A stretch of DNA of 64,000 bases. Source: Thalia democratica (Eukaryota). The translations under genes and the position numbers were made by a program. The stretch covers positions 3,224,001 to 3,288,000 of the forward strand of contig OZ241831.1 in assembly GCA_965202585.1 (NCBI GenBank), in the 5' to 3' direction. Positions 43,101 to 55,400 of the stretch are shown here, one piece after another. The number at the start of each line of letters is the position of its first letter. Position 1 is the first letter of the stretch. The notes below the pieces were generated by a model, which had not been told where the DNA came from, did not search any database, and was given only the letters and a program-made list of their open reading frames with translations.

Positions 43101-44549
43101 TTCGACTTCGACTATTTTATAAACTTGTCTTGGTATAAATTTGAAGTAGAACCCTATCAAGTAAGTTATACATCTTTTTCTATTGTGCTATCAGCAGTAA
43201 GTTAACGTAAACTGATTATAGTGACAACTGCCACACAAACAGTTAAGAACAAATGTTTCCATACATTCAGTATTTCCTTTCTTAAAATGATTAATATAAC
43301 TGATACAACAGCATTTTATTTGTTTTCCATCTTTGATCTTTTGAGTCTTACAGCTGCTTTTTTATGTGTCACTAGTTCAAAACAAAGGTCACAAAACATA
43401 TTTTTTATGAGATAAAAGTATGGTCGAAATGATAAGTTTTTTTTTTTTTATAAGCAACACTAGTTTTAAATTAATAATTTTTCAGATAAAAAGCAAAAGG
43501 CCTTAAAAACTAAGTATTTAATTTTGTAACTGTTTACTATAATGTTTATTTAAAACTTAGTTTATTAGCATTTTTTTAGTAAGTTTTACATTCAAATTAA
43601 AAAAAAAAACTTTTATTTGTAATCAATTAATAATTAAAATATCAGTTACAAATATATTATTTCAGCAATTTGTTAAAGTTTGTAAAAATTAAACAGTGAT
43701 TAGCACCGCGAGTTTTTATTTACACAATAACAAAGGTTAACCACTAAAAAGTACTTTTTCTTCACTCAATTAAGAATGAAATTTCCGTTTAAAAAAGTTT
43801 AAAAGTTCAAAAAATAATTTTTTATTGAGAAAAAAATACTTTTTATATTAAAATTAAACGAAGTAAACAAATTGGGCACCTAGAAAGTATAATAAAAGCT
43901 AATATTAGTCTAAAGTATTTTCAATTTTATATATTTTTGTAAATAAAGTAAAGCTTTAAAGATCTTGTATATTTGTTGGTTATAAATTTAGTATTTATTC
44001 CGAGATAAACAGTTTTTACTTACCTAATATGATTTAAATGATATTATTAGTAATATCATTTATAACAAGTTTTTCATTAACGAAACAGACTTAGTAAACT
44101 TATTTTTACTAACTTTAACTTAAAACTTTTACCAATATTAGCTTTTCTTTTCCTACTTATTTCTAGATATAAGTTAATTTATATCTGTAGTACCAAAAAA
44201 AACTATATTTAAAAAAAATGCTTACAATACTTTAACTTATGTACAGACTTTTAAAACAAATGAATTTACATATTAGAGAAAATTCAGTTAACAGTTCATA
44301 CGTGTAAGATTAATTCAATAAAATTAGTTTTACTTTTTGAAATAAATTTGATGTCATTCACTAACACTAAAGTTAGTGAAAGACGAAAAAATTCAAAATT
44401 GATACAAAATCTAGTTTCTTTGTTTCAAAGGCTCAAAACCATTTTGCAAGCAAAACATTTTCTTTCAACATATCAGTACAATTATATCTAGATAGATGTA
44501 TATTTATATAACAGTTTTTTTTTACACTAATATAAATATAAGTCAGTTT

Positions 44550-45020
44550 ACAGCCGATGACGTGTAAAATTCAACTTCAAAAAAGGAGTCGCGATTTCAG
44601 TGGCATCCTTTCTGCAAAAAAACCGCACTGGAAACCACTCGAGCGTGAAATTGGGCGAAATTACACAAGAAAGCAGACCGGAAAATGACTTCGAACGAGG
44701 CAGCGTGAAACTTCACTGATGAAATCGGAAGCTAGAAAGTTGGACTTGCAGCACGAAGGTTGGAAATCTTATCTTCTTCATCCTTTGCGTTTTAGAGGTG
44801 AACATTCGAATATCTGGACATCGTCACGTTTACACGTCACAGCGCCTGCTTATCGTCATAATTCGGATCGAAACAGCGCCGCGCGGTGGCCGGCTTCCCG
44901 AGTCGCGCGCACAAGTGCTGGTTGAGAAGGGGACCACCCAGGAGGCGGTGGTGATGAGAGCTAACCGAAAAATTTCAAGAAATTTTCGATTCTAAATAAG
45001 TTCATCGCGAGTGTCAGTGG
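44550..45020. promoter_or_regulatory. GC/CpG-rich island with perfect GLI site at 44932-44940
   Basis: GACCACCCA; abrupt GC-rich composition. Confidence 0.65.
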
Positions 45021-46749
45021 TTTAAACGTCACTTGAGAAAATTTAAAAAGAATATTAAAGGCTATTAAGTGTTTGAGTTTTGAATTTTTAGCATTTTAAA
45101 CTAGCCTCAGTATGAACTATTTTTTTGGTTTAAGCTAATTTAATCACAAGATAAAAATGTAGACAACTTTGCATGTATATAACTTAATAATATTTGAAAA
45201 AAAATGTTAAATATTTATTTCGATGAAAAAACTATAGTGAAAACTTTTCAATGGTTAGCGCACTTAAATAAATCAAATTGTTTTTTATCTATAAACACCT
45301 CGGTTTTATGTAAAAGAGTTTTTTAAAATCATTTGTAAAGCACTTTGTTTTTAATTAAGATTGTTTGTTTTGAGTTGTATAAACAATTTAGTGAATGTGA
45401 CTTAAAATTAAAAGAAAAAAAGCGTTTTTCTAGTTGTAAAAGTACGGCAAACAGTTTCTGTAGAAATAACTTACTAATTACGTTCATTTTTTTATTATTA
45501 TCGTTTTACTAGTTCAAAGTTGCTTTTTTAAAAGCTTGTTTTTAGTTTTACAGACGAAGTTTGTAACATAATTTAAATTGTTAGAAAAAAAATTGTAATT
45601 GTTTTAGTAAATCATAGTCATATAGATTTTTTATATTTTGTTTATAGATATTATAAAATTAAATAACAAAAAAATTACGAGTTAAACTATGTTTTAAATA
45701 AAATAATAGCTTTTAATTTAAACATAAGTTCGTTAGCTATACAACTGATAATATCGAAAACCTTTTAACAATTCAAAACCGTTTTCGGAAGTGTTTTGGA
45801 AGTAAACGCAAATATACAAAATCCAAAAAAACGTTTCTAGAAAAATGTCAAGGTTGCAAATTTGTAAGAGCTTGTTTCAAAAACAAACTTCGGCGTTAAA
45901 AAAAGAAGAGGAGTAATTTCTGCAGAATCGGAAGTCGGTAAAGTCTGATTCTTGAAAAGAAAGGATTAGGCGAAAGCAAGTCGCTAGAAAAACGAGAGAG
46001 GCAGAAATACGAGAGAACTGAAAAGAAAAAGTTTCGGCTCAGCGCCGATATATTTCGACCACCCTTTTACATTTCGTGTGCTGGCTAGAAAAGTTTGAAA
46101 AATTGTTTTATTTTCGTTTGGTGTTACGGTAGATTTGGCCTGCTTGTTTTCGTCTGAGGTATTTATTTTTTTAATGTTTATAAAGCGGCGACAGGCCTGT
46201 TTGTTTTGTTGGGACAATTTGTTATGTTTAAATGTGCAGTGTATTGGGTTTTTTTATTCTTTTTTAGGTTTGTTCAGAAAAGTTTAAAGTTTATAAACAT
46301 CCTATTCGTTTGTTGTAAGTAAGTGAGAAATGTTAGTTTGTTAAATCTAAGTGAAATTTAGAAAGAATAAATAGTTTTGAAACAAGTTTAAATAATGATT
46401 TTTCAATAAAAAGTTTAAATTAATAATTCATTCAAATAAGGAGCACATTGTTTCAAATACTTACTGTAAGTAAGCAATTTAAATAGTAAATTATTATTCA
46501 AAGTGTTCAAATTTAGCATTTAAAACCTTTAAGTTTATAAAACTAACATAATTGGTTTTTTAATCTTATAGCCTAAGACGTTTACATAACAAATTTTTGA
46601 AATACAACTTGTTAAACTTATTTTTCTTTATTGTTTAAAAACGTTGCTTTTTTTAAATAATGTAAACAGCATTTCAAACGAACATTCGTAAACAATTTCA
46701 AACTGTTTTCACGACTTGAGCACATTCACATAAAACAAAAACATTTTTT

Positions 46750-47240
46750 TTTTATGAGACTTATTTTCAAGCCACCAACAATTTTTGCATCTCACAGCAC
46801 AGAGAGTGGGAGACATGAACGAAGATTTTCACGCTTCAGCGATTTTCTCATTTTCCTCCTGTGCCCGGGTTACGCTTGGCAGCGGGATTGCCCGTTGCCT
46901 GGCAACCCGGAAAACTCCTGCGGGTTTCGCGACCAGCTTTCGGATCCCGTCTTCGAAAAAGTCCTAGGTGGTCTTCGTTTTTTTTTTTTTCTGAAAAATT
47001 TCGCGTCAGAAATCAAAGCGAAATTGGTGAAAACAATTTTTCACGCGAGAGAGAGCGGAGTAAAAACGAGAGAGCAGAACGCGAGAGAGAAGGTCTCCCT
47101 GGGTGGTCTCCTCTTCTACTTCTGCTGTTTTGCGTCTCTGCGCGCTGTGTTGGGTGATGAAGTTGTCATTTCGAAAATCATTTCGATTCTTCATCGCGAG
47201 CTAGCTGCGTATAATTTTTTTTTTAGAAAATAGGTCAGTT
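46750..47240. promoter_or_regulatory. Proximal promoter-like island: X-box 46894-46906, GLI 47100-47108, near-GLI 46965, donor GTCAGT at 47234
   Basis: GTTGCCTGGCAAC; TGGGTGGTC; TAGGTGGTC; TAG|GTCAGT. Confidence 0.65.
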
Positions 47241-48701
47241 TGTATGTAACGTTTTAGAAAAGAAAAGCTTTAGCATAGAAAGCACTTTAAATAACGATTT
47301 AATTTGTATACAAATGTTGCTCTAAAAGCGGTATAAAAGACTTATGGTAAAAGTTAGTATTTAGTTGTATCGTTATACAAGTTGTCCGGGTCACCAACTT
47401 ATAAAAATAAGTTAAATCTTAAATAAAATAAATTTTCGATCAAACATGCTTCTATCAAACTTGTTTTTAACAGTAGAGTACACATAAGTAGTTTATTATA
47501 CACCATACCAGTCAGCGCGACTTGAGTGAAGAGTTGGTAAAGAATAGAATTCACATCATCACCCGAAGTTCGAACAAAAAACTTTTTGCCATGCCCGGTG
47601 GACCTGACAGCAGGCTGAAGTAGCTGGGAGGCGACCTGGAAAAAATCGAATGTTTCGTCACAACACACTAGTATTGAATGATCTTTTTTTTTGACTTCTT
47701 GTCATCGCGCCAATACAGATTAGTTTTCGGCCAAATTCGCGCAGAAAATAGAAGTTTTGATGGAAGTTTGTTTCTAGCTTAATTCATAATTGACTTTAAT
47801 TATTTCACTAGTTGTATTTGTTTAGCAACATTAAAGTTTTGCTGCTTTAATTAACAAAATGTTACAATAGCCCGAATTTTTTTAGCGCTGAATTTATAAG
47901 CGGATACCGAAGTTTACAAAAGTTAATAGGCACTAAGCAAGAAAAAAATAACAGAACAACTTAACTAAAGACAAATTAAAACTTTTAAAGCAAAATATAT
48001 GCACACCCGTGCCTACTAGGACTAACCAGAAAAATTTTGTTTATACTCAGTTTTTTTTGATATTTCCTGGCAGTATTCGCTTCTTTATTTTTATTCATTT
48101 CTACTGCTGACCAGGTGCGATCTCTTTCAAACTTTCAGGCTTCACATTGATGGTTGTGGCTTAATTAGTTTGAAATTAGCTCAGCCGAAATCATATCTTA
48201 AAGCCTGAAGTTTCTGTCAAAGTTGGCATGCCTTAATGCTTCTTTCTTTTTCTTGTAAAATGAGATGCTTTTAAAGGGCTAACCCGGCCAGTTGAGTTGA
48301 AATGAATATTTTTTTTCTAAATAAACCGTTCGCACTTGCCGAAAGAAGATAGCGTGGAGGTTATGTAAATAAAGCCCCCTGAAAGTAATTAAATTGATTT
48401 AAGCTTAACTTTAATGAGTGTGTTTGTTGTCATAAAGCAATAAATAGTTCAATATCCATTACTGGTTTCAAATTCTACTATTTTTTCTCACTAACTCGTT
48501 AAACTTTATTTTGCTAGTTTTTAAAATAACTTTTATTTATTTTTTTTTTCAGATTTAAAGCATTAAATATACTAAATTTTAACAAAAGCCTTCGACGTTG
48601 AATTTTCGACCAAGGCCACTTTTTAGATGAATCACAAAAGTTAATCGAAAAAAAAAACGCAAAAAACTTATTACCTCGCAATTGCTCTGTGACGTAACAA
48701 A

Positions 48702-49418
48702 ATGGACATCAGAAGAGAAAGTTGCGAGGAAGCAACAGCTAGCCGGTGTGACGTCACAACCACGGAGGAAGCTACCGTGCAATTTGCCGCCGCTAATCAC
48801 CCGACGACGCTTCCTAAACGCTCCAATTCTCCCACAACGCATCACCATGGCAACAAGAGAAAGCGCCACGGCCGTCACCGTTGCCATGCGAACGCGGACG
48901 GCTCCAGTGACGCAAGAGTCGAGTCTCAAGCTTCTTCGGTCGATTCCAACGACCACCTCCTCGCCCAGAGGGTTTCTCCTCTCGACGGAGGGGATTCTCC
49001 CCAAGTCGATGAGGACCGGTTGGAGGAGCTGAACTCGAGGCTCTCCAGTCGCCCTGGCAACGACAGCCAGAGCCCGTGGGTCACCACTTCGCCCCAGGAA
49101 GGCATAGAAGTGCAGCAGCGGCGCCATTCAAAAACCAGCAACGACGTTTCTCGACCTCAAGGAACGAGTAACGACGTTTCTCCCGACCAAGACCCGGGAC
49201 CTTCCGCTTGCAGGGGGGAAAGCCGAAAAGAGTCGTCTTCGTCGTCGTCCTCACCCACGGTGAATCCCCGGGAGACGACGCCGGAGCACCGCGGCGGCGA
49301 CAGGCGCGGGGGGAGTCCCCAAGAATCGACCAATGAGGACGAAGACAGGAACGACTTGGAGCTCCTGAGCAGGCCGAGCTGGTGCGACGCGGGTTTCGCG
49401 CTGAAAAGGGTTTTGCAG
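48702..49418 (+). CDS. ptc: ptc coding exon 1 (long low-complexity N-terminus ending RPSWCDAGFALKRVLQ)
   Basis: ORF from ATG 48702; donor CAG|GTTAGC at 49419, phase 0; strong acceptor TTTTTTTTTCAG ending 48552 upstream. Start codon choice is inferred. Confidence 0.85.
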
Positions 49419-52400
49419 GTTAGCCGAAAATATTTTATTAAAACTTTAATCTTTTTGTAATTTTCCACAACTTTGATGACAAAAACATTTTTGAGGTCTT
49501 ATATTTTTTCGCGTCTTTGTTGCTTAATAGCCTCATGGTCGTGTGGCGATGTATCGTAATCTTTTGAAGCCCGAAAAGACACACATGAAGGCGAGATGTT
49601 ACAAACGAAGCGAGGCGTGAATTTAAAGAGGAAAAGAATAAAAAAAAACTTTGAAAACAACAAAAGCTTTTTCATTCTCAAACTCGCAAGCAAAGAAACT
49701 TCTTTCAACTTTTTTGATTTTGTTCAACTTGAAAACGCTTTTCGCTGGCAAATTTACAGCTTTTTCGGCGGTGTGTAGTAGATTAAGCCGCGCGTGATGC
49801 GATTTAAAAGGATTAATTGATTTGCAACCAAAAAAAAATTCTAAACTTTTCGGTTAAAATTCTTCCTACCTGTTTGACCCTGTTTCGATATTGTTCTGAT
49901 TTATTTGTCGCGCGCGCGCATGCACGAGGGTAATTAAAAGCCGACTTGTCAAATTAGCCGTTTTTAATCTCTGTTTTCAGTAAACGCGCACACACGGGGA
50001 CCACACACGGGGATTTCCGAGCAGGTTGCCGTGGTAACGTCGGCACCCTCATATGCGTGTGGGTGGCCCTCGCTCGAAAGCAGATAACAACTTCTTAATG
50101 ACGGCGAGGCGACAATGGCGAGAGGCGACTGAAGAGAAACTTCAATTCACATCTTCGGTGAAAGTTTTTCAACAGCTGTTACGCACGCTAGAAAGCTCGT
50201 AGTAAAAAACTTTTCTGAATTTTTCTGATGTTCTTGAGCCTCGGGCGCTCGCACGTCTTGCTGGGAGAGTGGGAGGCGTGCGGGAGAAAGGGGAGCGAAG
50301 CGGGGAGGACCACCCGGAAGGGGATGACGGCGGCGGTGGAAATCGTTCGAGCGTGACAGACGGGGAATCTTTTTTGAAAGCTCGAAATTCGAAAGTCTTT
50401 TTGCGAAAACATTTTTCGCGGCTCAAAGTGAAAACTGCGTCTCTAAAAATATTATAAATGTAACTTGTTTGTGTGGAAAGATAATTGCTTCCAGTTTGCT
50501 TCCAGCTTGTTTTCTTGTGTGGTTTTGTGTGCTCGCGATTTGTATTTAGATTAGCAAATGTTTTACTTTAAATTATATTTAAATCTGATTGATCATTAGT
50601 AACGCAGCAATTTCTAAAAATAACAAACTTTTCTGTAAACATTTAAACAAATTTTTAAACTTTAGTATAATTTTTCATCCAAAACTTTGTCAAATACTTT
50701 TGTCAAAAGTTTTATCTTTTTAATATTCTTTATAATACATGACCGACTTAAATCATCAATTCTTAGGCAAAAAAGCTCCTTTTTATTTTTATTCTAGTAA
50801 AAGTTCAACAAAAGACTTTTAAATTGTAACTATAATTATTATTAAGTACTTACAAAGCAAAGTCGAGTTTGAACCTTGCGATTGTTAAAACTTAATTTTT
50901 AAAACTACGGTTAGTGTTTGACTCAGCTACCTATTTTCAACAGGGCAATTTCATTTTTTGTAAAATTTAAACTGAATATTATTTTCAAGAGCTATAAAAT
51001 ATTTTCCAGGACATTTTATAAAGCTTTTAAGTTGTTAAAAGTTTACTAAAGATAATAGTATTAGATGGATACATGATTTAAAACATTTTTTTTAACAATT
51101 ACAACTAACATTTGCCTCTCAACATTTTCCTGTTAGCCCTCCAATTTTGCAATTAAGCTAAACATAAACCTTTGTTATGCAATTATGCTAAACATGTGAT
51201 TTTTTTCTTCAGGGCAAGGCGGACGGTAACGTGTTGGCCCTGCAGATCCGAGCTCACACGCACTCGTGGCTCTTCAAGCTGGGACTGTTCGTGCACAAGC
51301 AGGCCTGCATGATCGCCTTCCTCTCCTTCCTCATCCTCTCCGCCTGCTCGGTGGGATTGAGGCAGGCGTCGATGGAAGTCGACATTCAGAAGCTATGGGT
51401 TGAAAGTTGGTTCTTGTTTGATTTGAAAGTCAATTTTATGTATATATTTGAAGGTGTAAGATTGTGAAAAGCAACTGTTATTTAGTTTAGTAAGTATATA
51501 CCTATAACTATGGGTTAAAAGTTGTTTTTACTACTTTTTGTCAGTTTATACATAAGTTTACTCTTTAAAGGTCTTCATAGGCATATTAGTTTCTCTGTTT
51601 AACTTTGATTAAATTAAACCAAACTTGAGTTTTAATTAGGTAGAAAATGTCTTCAAGACTATATTAAAAGTAGATATTCTTTTATATTTATTTAAATTTA
51701 TGCTGTTTACAAATTCTACAAACAAAGTTTATTACCTTGACCATATATTTTCTACTGGTCAGTGAAGTCTTTTTTACTTTTTAGGTTTAATAGTTGAGTT
51801 TGGTCAAACTTTCTTTTTTAAACAACTGCTACCATTTTTTAACCTCAAACAACCCCTTACTGAAAATTTTTGGTTGATTTTTTGTTGTTAGAGAAGTTGT
51901 TGGGACCGCAACACATTTCGATTTGTGTTTTGGTTCACCGAAGAGTTTGTTTGTAAACAAGACAAGTTGAGGTTAAAACAAATAGAAGGTGTTGTACGCA
52001 AAAAACAGTATGAAGAAAGGTAGTTTTGTGTGTGGAAGAAAACTTTGAGTAGAAGGTTCTGTATATGAAGTTATCAGTAGAAAGCTGTGTGTGCTTCTCT
52101 TGATACCTGTGTTGCGTTTGGCCTGTGTTGCTGTGTGCTTCTCTTGATATCTGTGTTGCGTTTGACTTGTGTGCGTTTCACTCGCTGTGTGATAACTTCT
52201 CTTTGTTTGGGTTCAATTCGCAACGCTTGTCCAAACCAGCCTACGCACATACGCTGTGATGAAAATACATGTATTTCAGCCTCCTTGACTGAAATTAAAT
52301 AAAAAAGTTTACTGTAAGTTGTGATGAAAATACAGGTACTTATTCTAGCTTTCTTAACTCAATTCAGCCAAGAAAGTTTACTGTAAACTTTTCTACTGCA

Positions 52401-55400
52401 TGCTGACATGAAGTTTTTAGTGATTACCTTTTTGTACTTAAATTGTCATTTTCTCAAGATAAAGCTTTGAAAGGTAACCTTAGAATACTCATTAAAACAA
52501 ACTCTTTACTGTAATAAATATATATCAATATATTTTATCTTCTAAGCAATAAAACTGTTAGGTTGGGCAATTAATTTTTAATTTTTCCTGTACAGTAACT
52601 CATACAATTATCTTCTAGGCGGAGGAGTTTTAGAAAAAGAGATCAAGTACACGGACATGATCAGGAGCAAGTTCAACCAGAACGTGGGAGGCAAGGAGGG
52701 GGGCTACACCTTCCAGATAATGCTGCAGGCCAGCGAGCAGGACATACAGACGACCGAATCCATGAAGGTCCATTCGAAAGTTGCGCTGGAGGCAGCCAAC
52801 ACCAAAGTGTCCATGTTCAATCAGTTAGTTTATATTTTACATATTGAAGCATGATAAAATAAAATGTATAGTTACAAGCGAACACCAAAGTATCCATGTT
52901 CAATCAGTGAGTTTATATTTTATATATTGAATCATGATAAAACAAAATGTATAGTTATAAGCCAACACCAAAGTATCCATGTTCAATCAGTTAGTTCATA
53001 TTTTACATATTGAATCATGATAAAATAAAACGTACAGTTATAACCCAACACCAAAGTATCCATGTTCAATCAGTTAGTTCAAATTTTATATATTGAATCA
53101 TGATAGAATAAAATGTACAGTTATAAGCCAACACTAAAGTATCCATGTTCAATCAGTTAGTTTATATTTTATACATTTAATCATGATATAATAAAATGTA
53201 CAGTTATAAGCCAGCACCAAAGTATCCATGTTCAATCATTTAGTTTATGTTTTACATATTGAATCATGATAAAACAAAATGTATAGTTACAAGCGAACAC
53301 TAAAGTATCCATGTTCAATCAGTTAGTTTATATTTTACATATTGATTCATGATAAAATAAAATGTATAGTTATAAGCCAACACTAAAGTATCCATGTTCA
53401 ATCAGTGAGTTTATATTTTGTATATTGAATCATGATAAAACAAAATGTATAGTTACAAGCCAACACAAAAGTATCCATGTTCAATCAGTGAGCTTATATT
53501 TTACATATTGAATCATGATAAAATAAAATGTATAGCTATAAGCCAACACCAAAGTATCCATGTTCAATCAGTGAGCTTATATTTTACATATTGAATCATG
53601 ATAAAACAGAATGTATAGTTACAAGCCAACACTAAAGTATCCATGTTCAATCAGTGAGTTTATATTTTATATATTGAATCATGATAAAACAAAATGTATA
53701 GTTACAAGCCAACACAAAAGTATCCATGTTCAATCAGTGAGCTTATATTTTACATATTGAATCATGATAAAACAAAATGTATAGTTATAAGCCAACACCA
53801 AAGTATCCATGTTCAATCAGTTAGTTCATATTTTATATATTGTATCATGATAAAATAAAATGTATAGTTGTAAGCCAACACCAAAGTATCCATGTTCAAT
53901 CAGTTAGTTCATATTTTATATATTGTATCATGATAAAATAAAATGTATAGTTACAAGCCAACACAAAAGTATCCATGTTCAATCAGTTAGTTCATATTTT
54001 ATATATTGTATCATGATAAAATAAAATGTATAGTTGTAAGCCAACACCAAAGTATCCATGTTCAATCAGTTAGTTTATATTTTGTATATTGAATCATTAT
54101 AAAACAAAATGTATAGTTATAAGCCAACACCAAAGTATCCATGTTCAATCAGTGAGTTTATATTTTATATATTGAATCATGATAAAACAAAATGTATAGT
54201 TATAAGCGAGCTATAAGCGTAATAAGTTATATTTTTAATTTTGCTAAACTACAAACTTAACTTTGAATACTTAGAGTTAAGATTATGTTGCATCTTTAGC
54301 TAATAAATGAAAGGCTTAAGCACTACATTTTAATTTTTCTGGTTAAACTCCACGGCTCCACTTATAACATTCGTGTATGTGGTTAACCTATCAAAAAACC
54401 TGCCTGCGTTTTAATTTCTCAAAACTAACTCACAGGACGTGGACGTTCGAAGACTTGTGCTTCAAGCCGCCGTTCAACCTGGACACGGACGATGAGTCCG
54501 TGAACAATGCCATAAACATCGCGTTCGACAACATCGTTCCGTGCTACATCATCTCCCCTCTCGACTGCTTCTGGGAGGGATCCAAGCTGCTGGGGCCCTC
54601 TACTCCTTTCTCGTGAGTTTTGTTTGTAGTTTTTGCTAACTTAAAACTGCTTGTATATAGTTTAGTTTTGATTGTTTCACACCTTGGATTTAATTACAAA
54701 TTTGTTTTTGTAACTTCAATTTAACGGTTTAACACCTGAAATGCTTTATACAGTTTTTTCAGTAATAAATAATTTTGTGTTAACTTAGTATGATACTACG
54801 CGTATTAGACACAACTTTACTATTTATTTTGCTTGGATATTTATTTATAAATGTTTACAGTCTTCCATTTTCACAAAATCTAAACTGGAAGAACTTCAAT
54901 CCCATGAACCTTCTTGATATTTTCGAAAGTTACAATCAAGACGCATCGAAAGACACGATTGATTTGCTGAAACGCTACAAAGACGCTTTCGAAAAGGTAT
55001 GCAACACTGTTATTTGAAATTTGTTGCTTACAAACTGTCATATATGTTTGTAAACTTAAAGTTTGTTGTTCTATTTATGCAACTGTAACTATTGTGAAAA
55101 TGTTTGTCGAAAATCTAGAATCTCTTTAGGTTTTTTTATGTTTTAAACAAAAAATACTCAGTATTGAACCTAATTCAAATCTTCTCTATTTGAAAAAGTT
55201 GAAATTTAAAAAGTGTGTAGCAATTTTTTAACTGATATAAGATTCATTATATCTTTAAACTACAGATTTAGAATTCAACTAATGTGATTCAAATATAAAC
55301 AAAAAATTATTTGTTTCTAGGCGGGAATCACTGACGGATACCAGTCGAGGTACTGCTTGGACCCGTACGATCCGGAGTGCCCACCAACGGCGCCAAACTA

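Noticed and set aside
44719-47668. ORFs of 60-159 aa in upstream GC-rich islands
   Set aside because: No recognisable domains or consistent codon bias; the islands are better explained as regulatory.
48579-49468. Long antisense and alternate-frame ORFs over ptc exon 1
   Set aside because: Expected shadows of a GC-rich coding exon.
51399-51460. Short TTGAAAGT repeats after the exon-2 donor, and a weak echo at ~54740 before exon 5
   Set aside because: Matches of 8 nt or less in AT-rich DNA; not counted among the junction echoes.
52793-54208. CRISPR-like appearance of the 83-bp array
   Set aside because: Eukaryotic intron, no unique spacers; whole units are near-identical.
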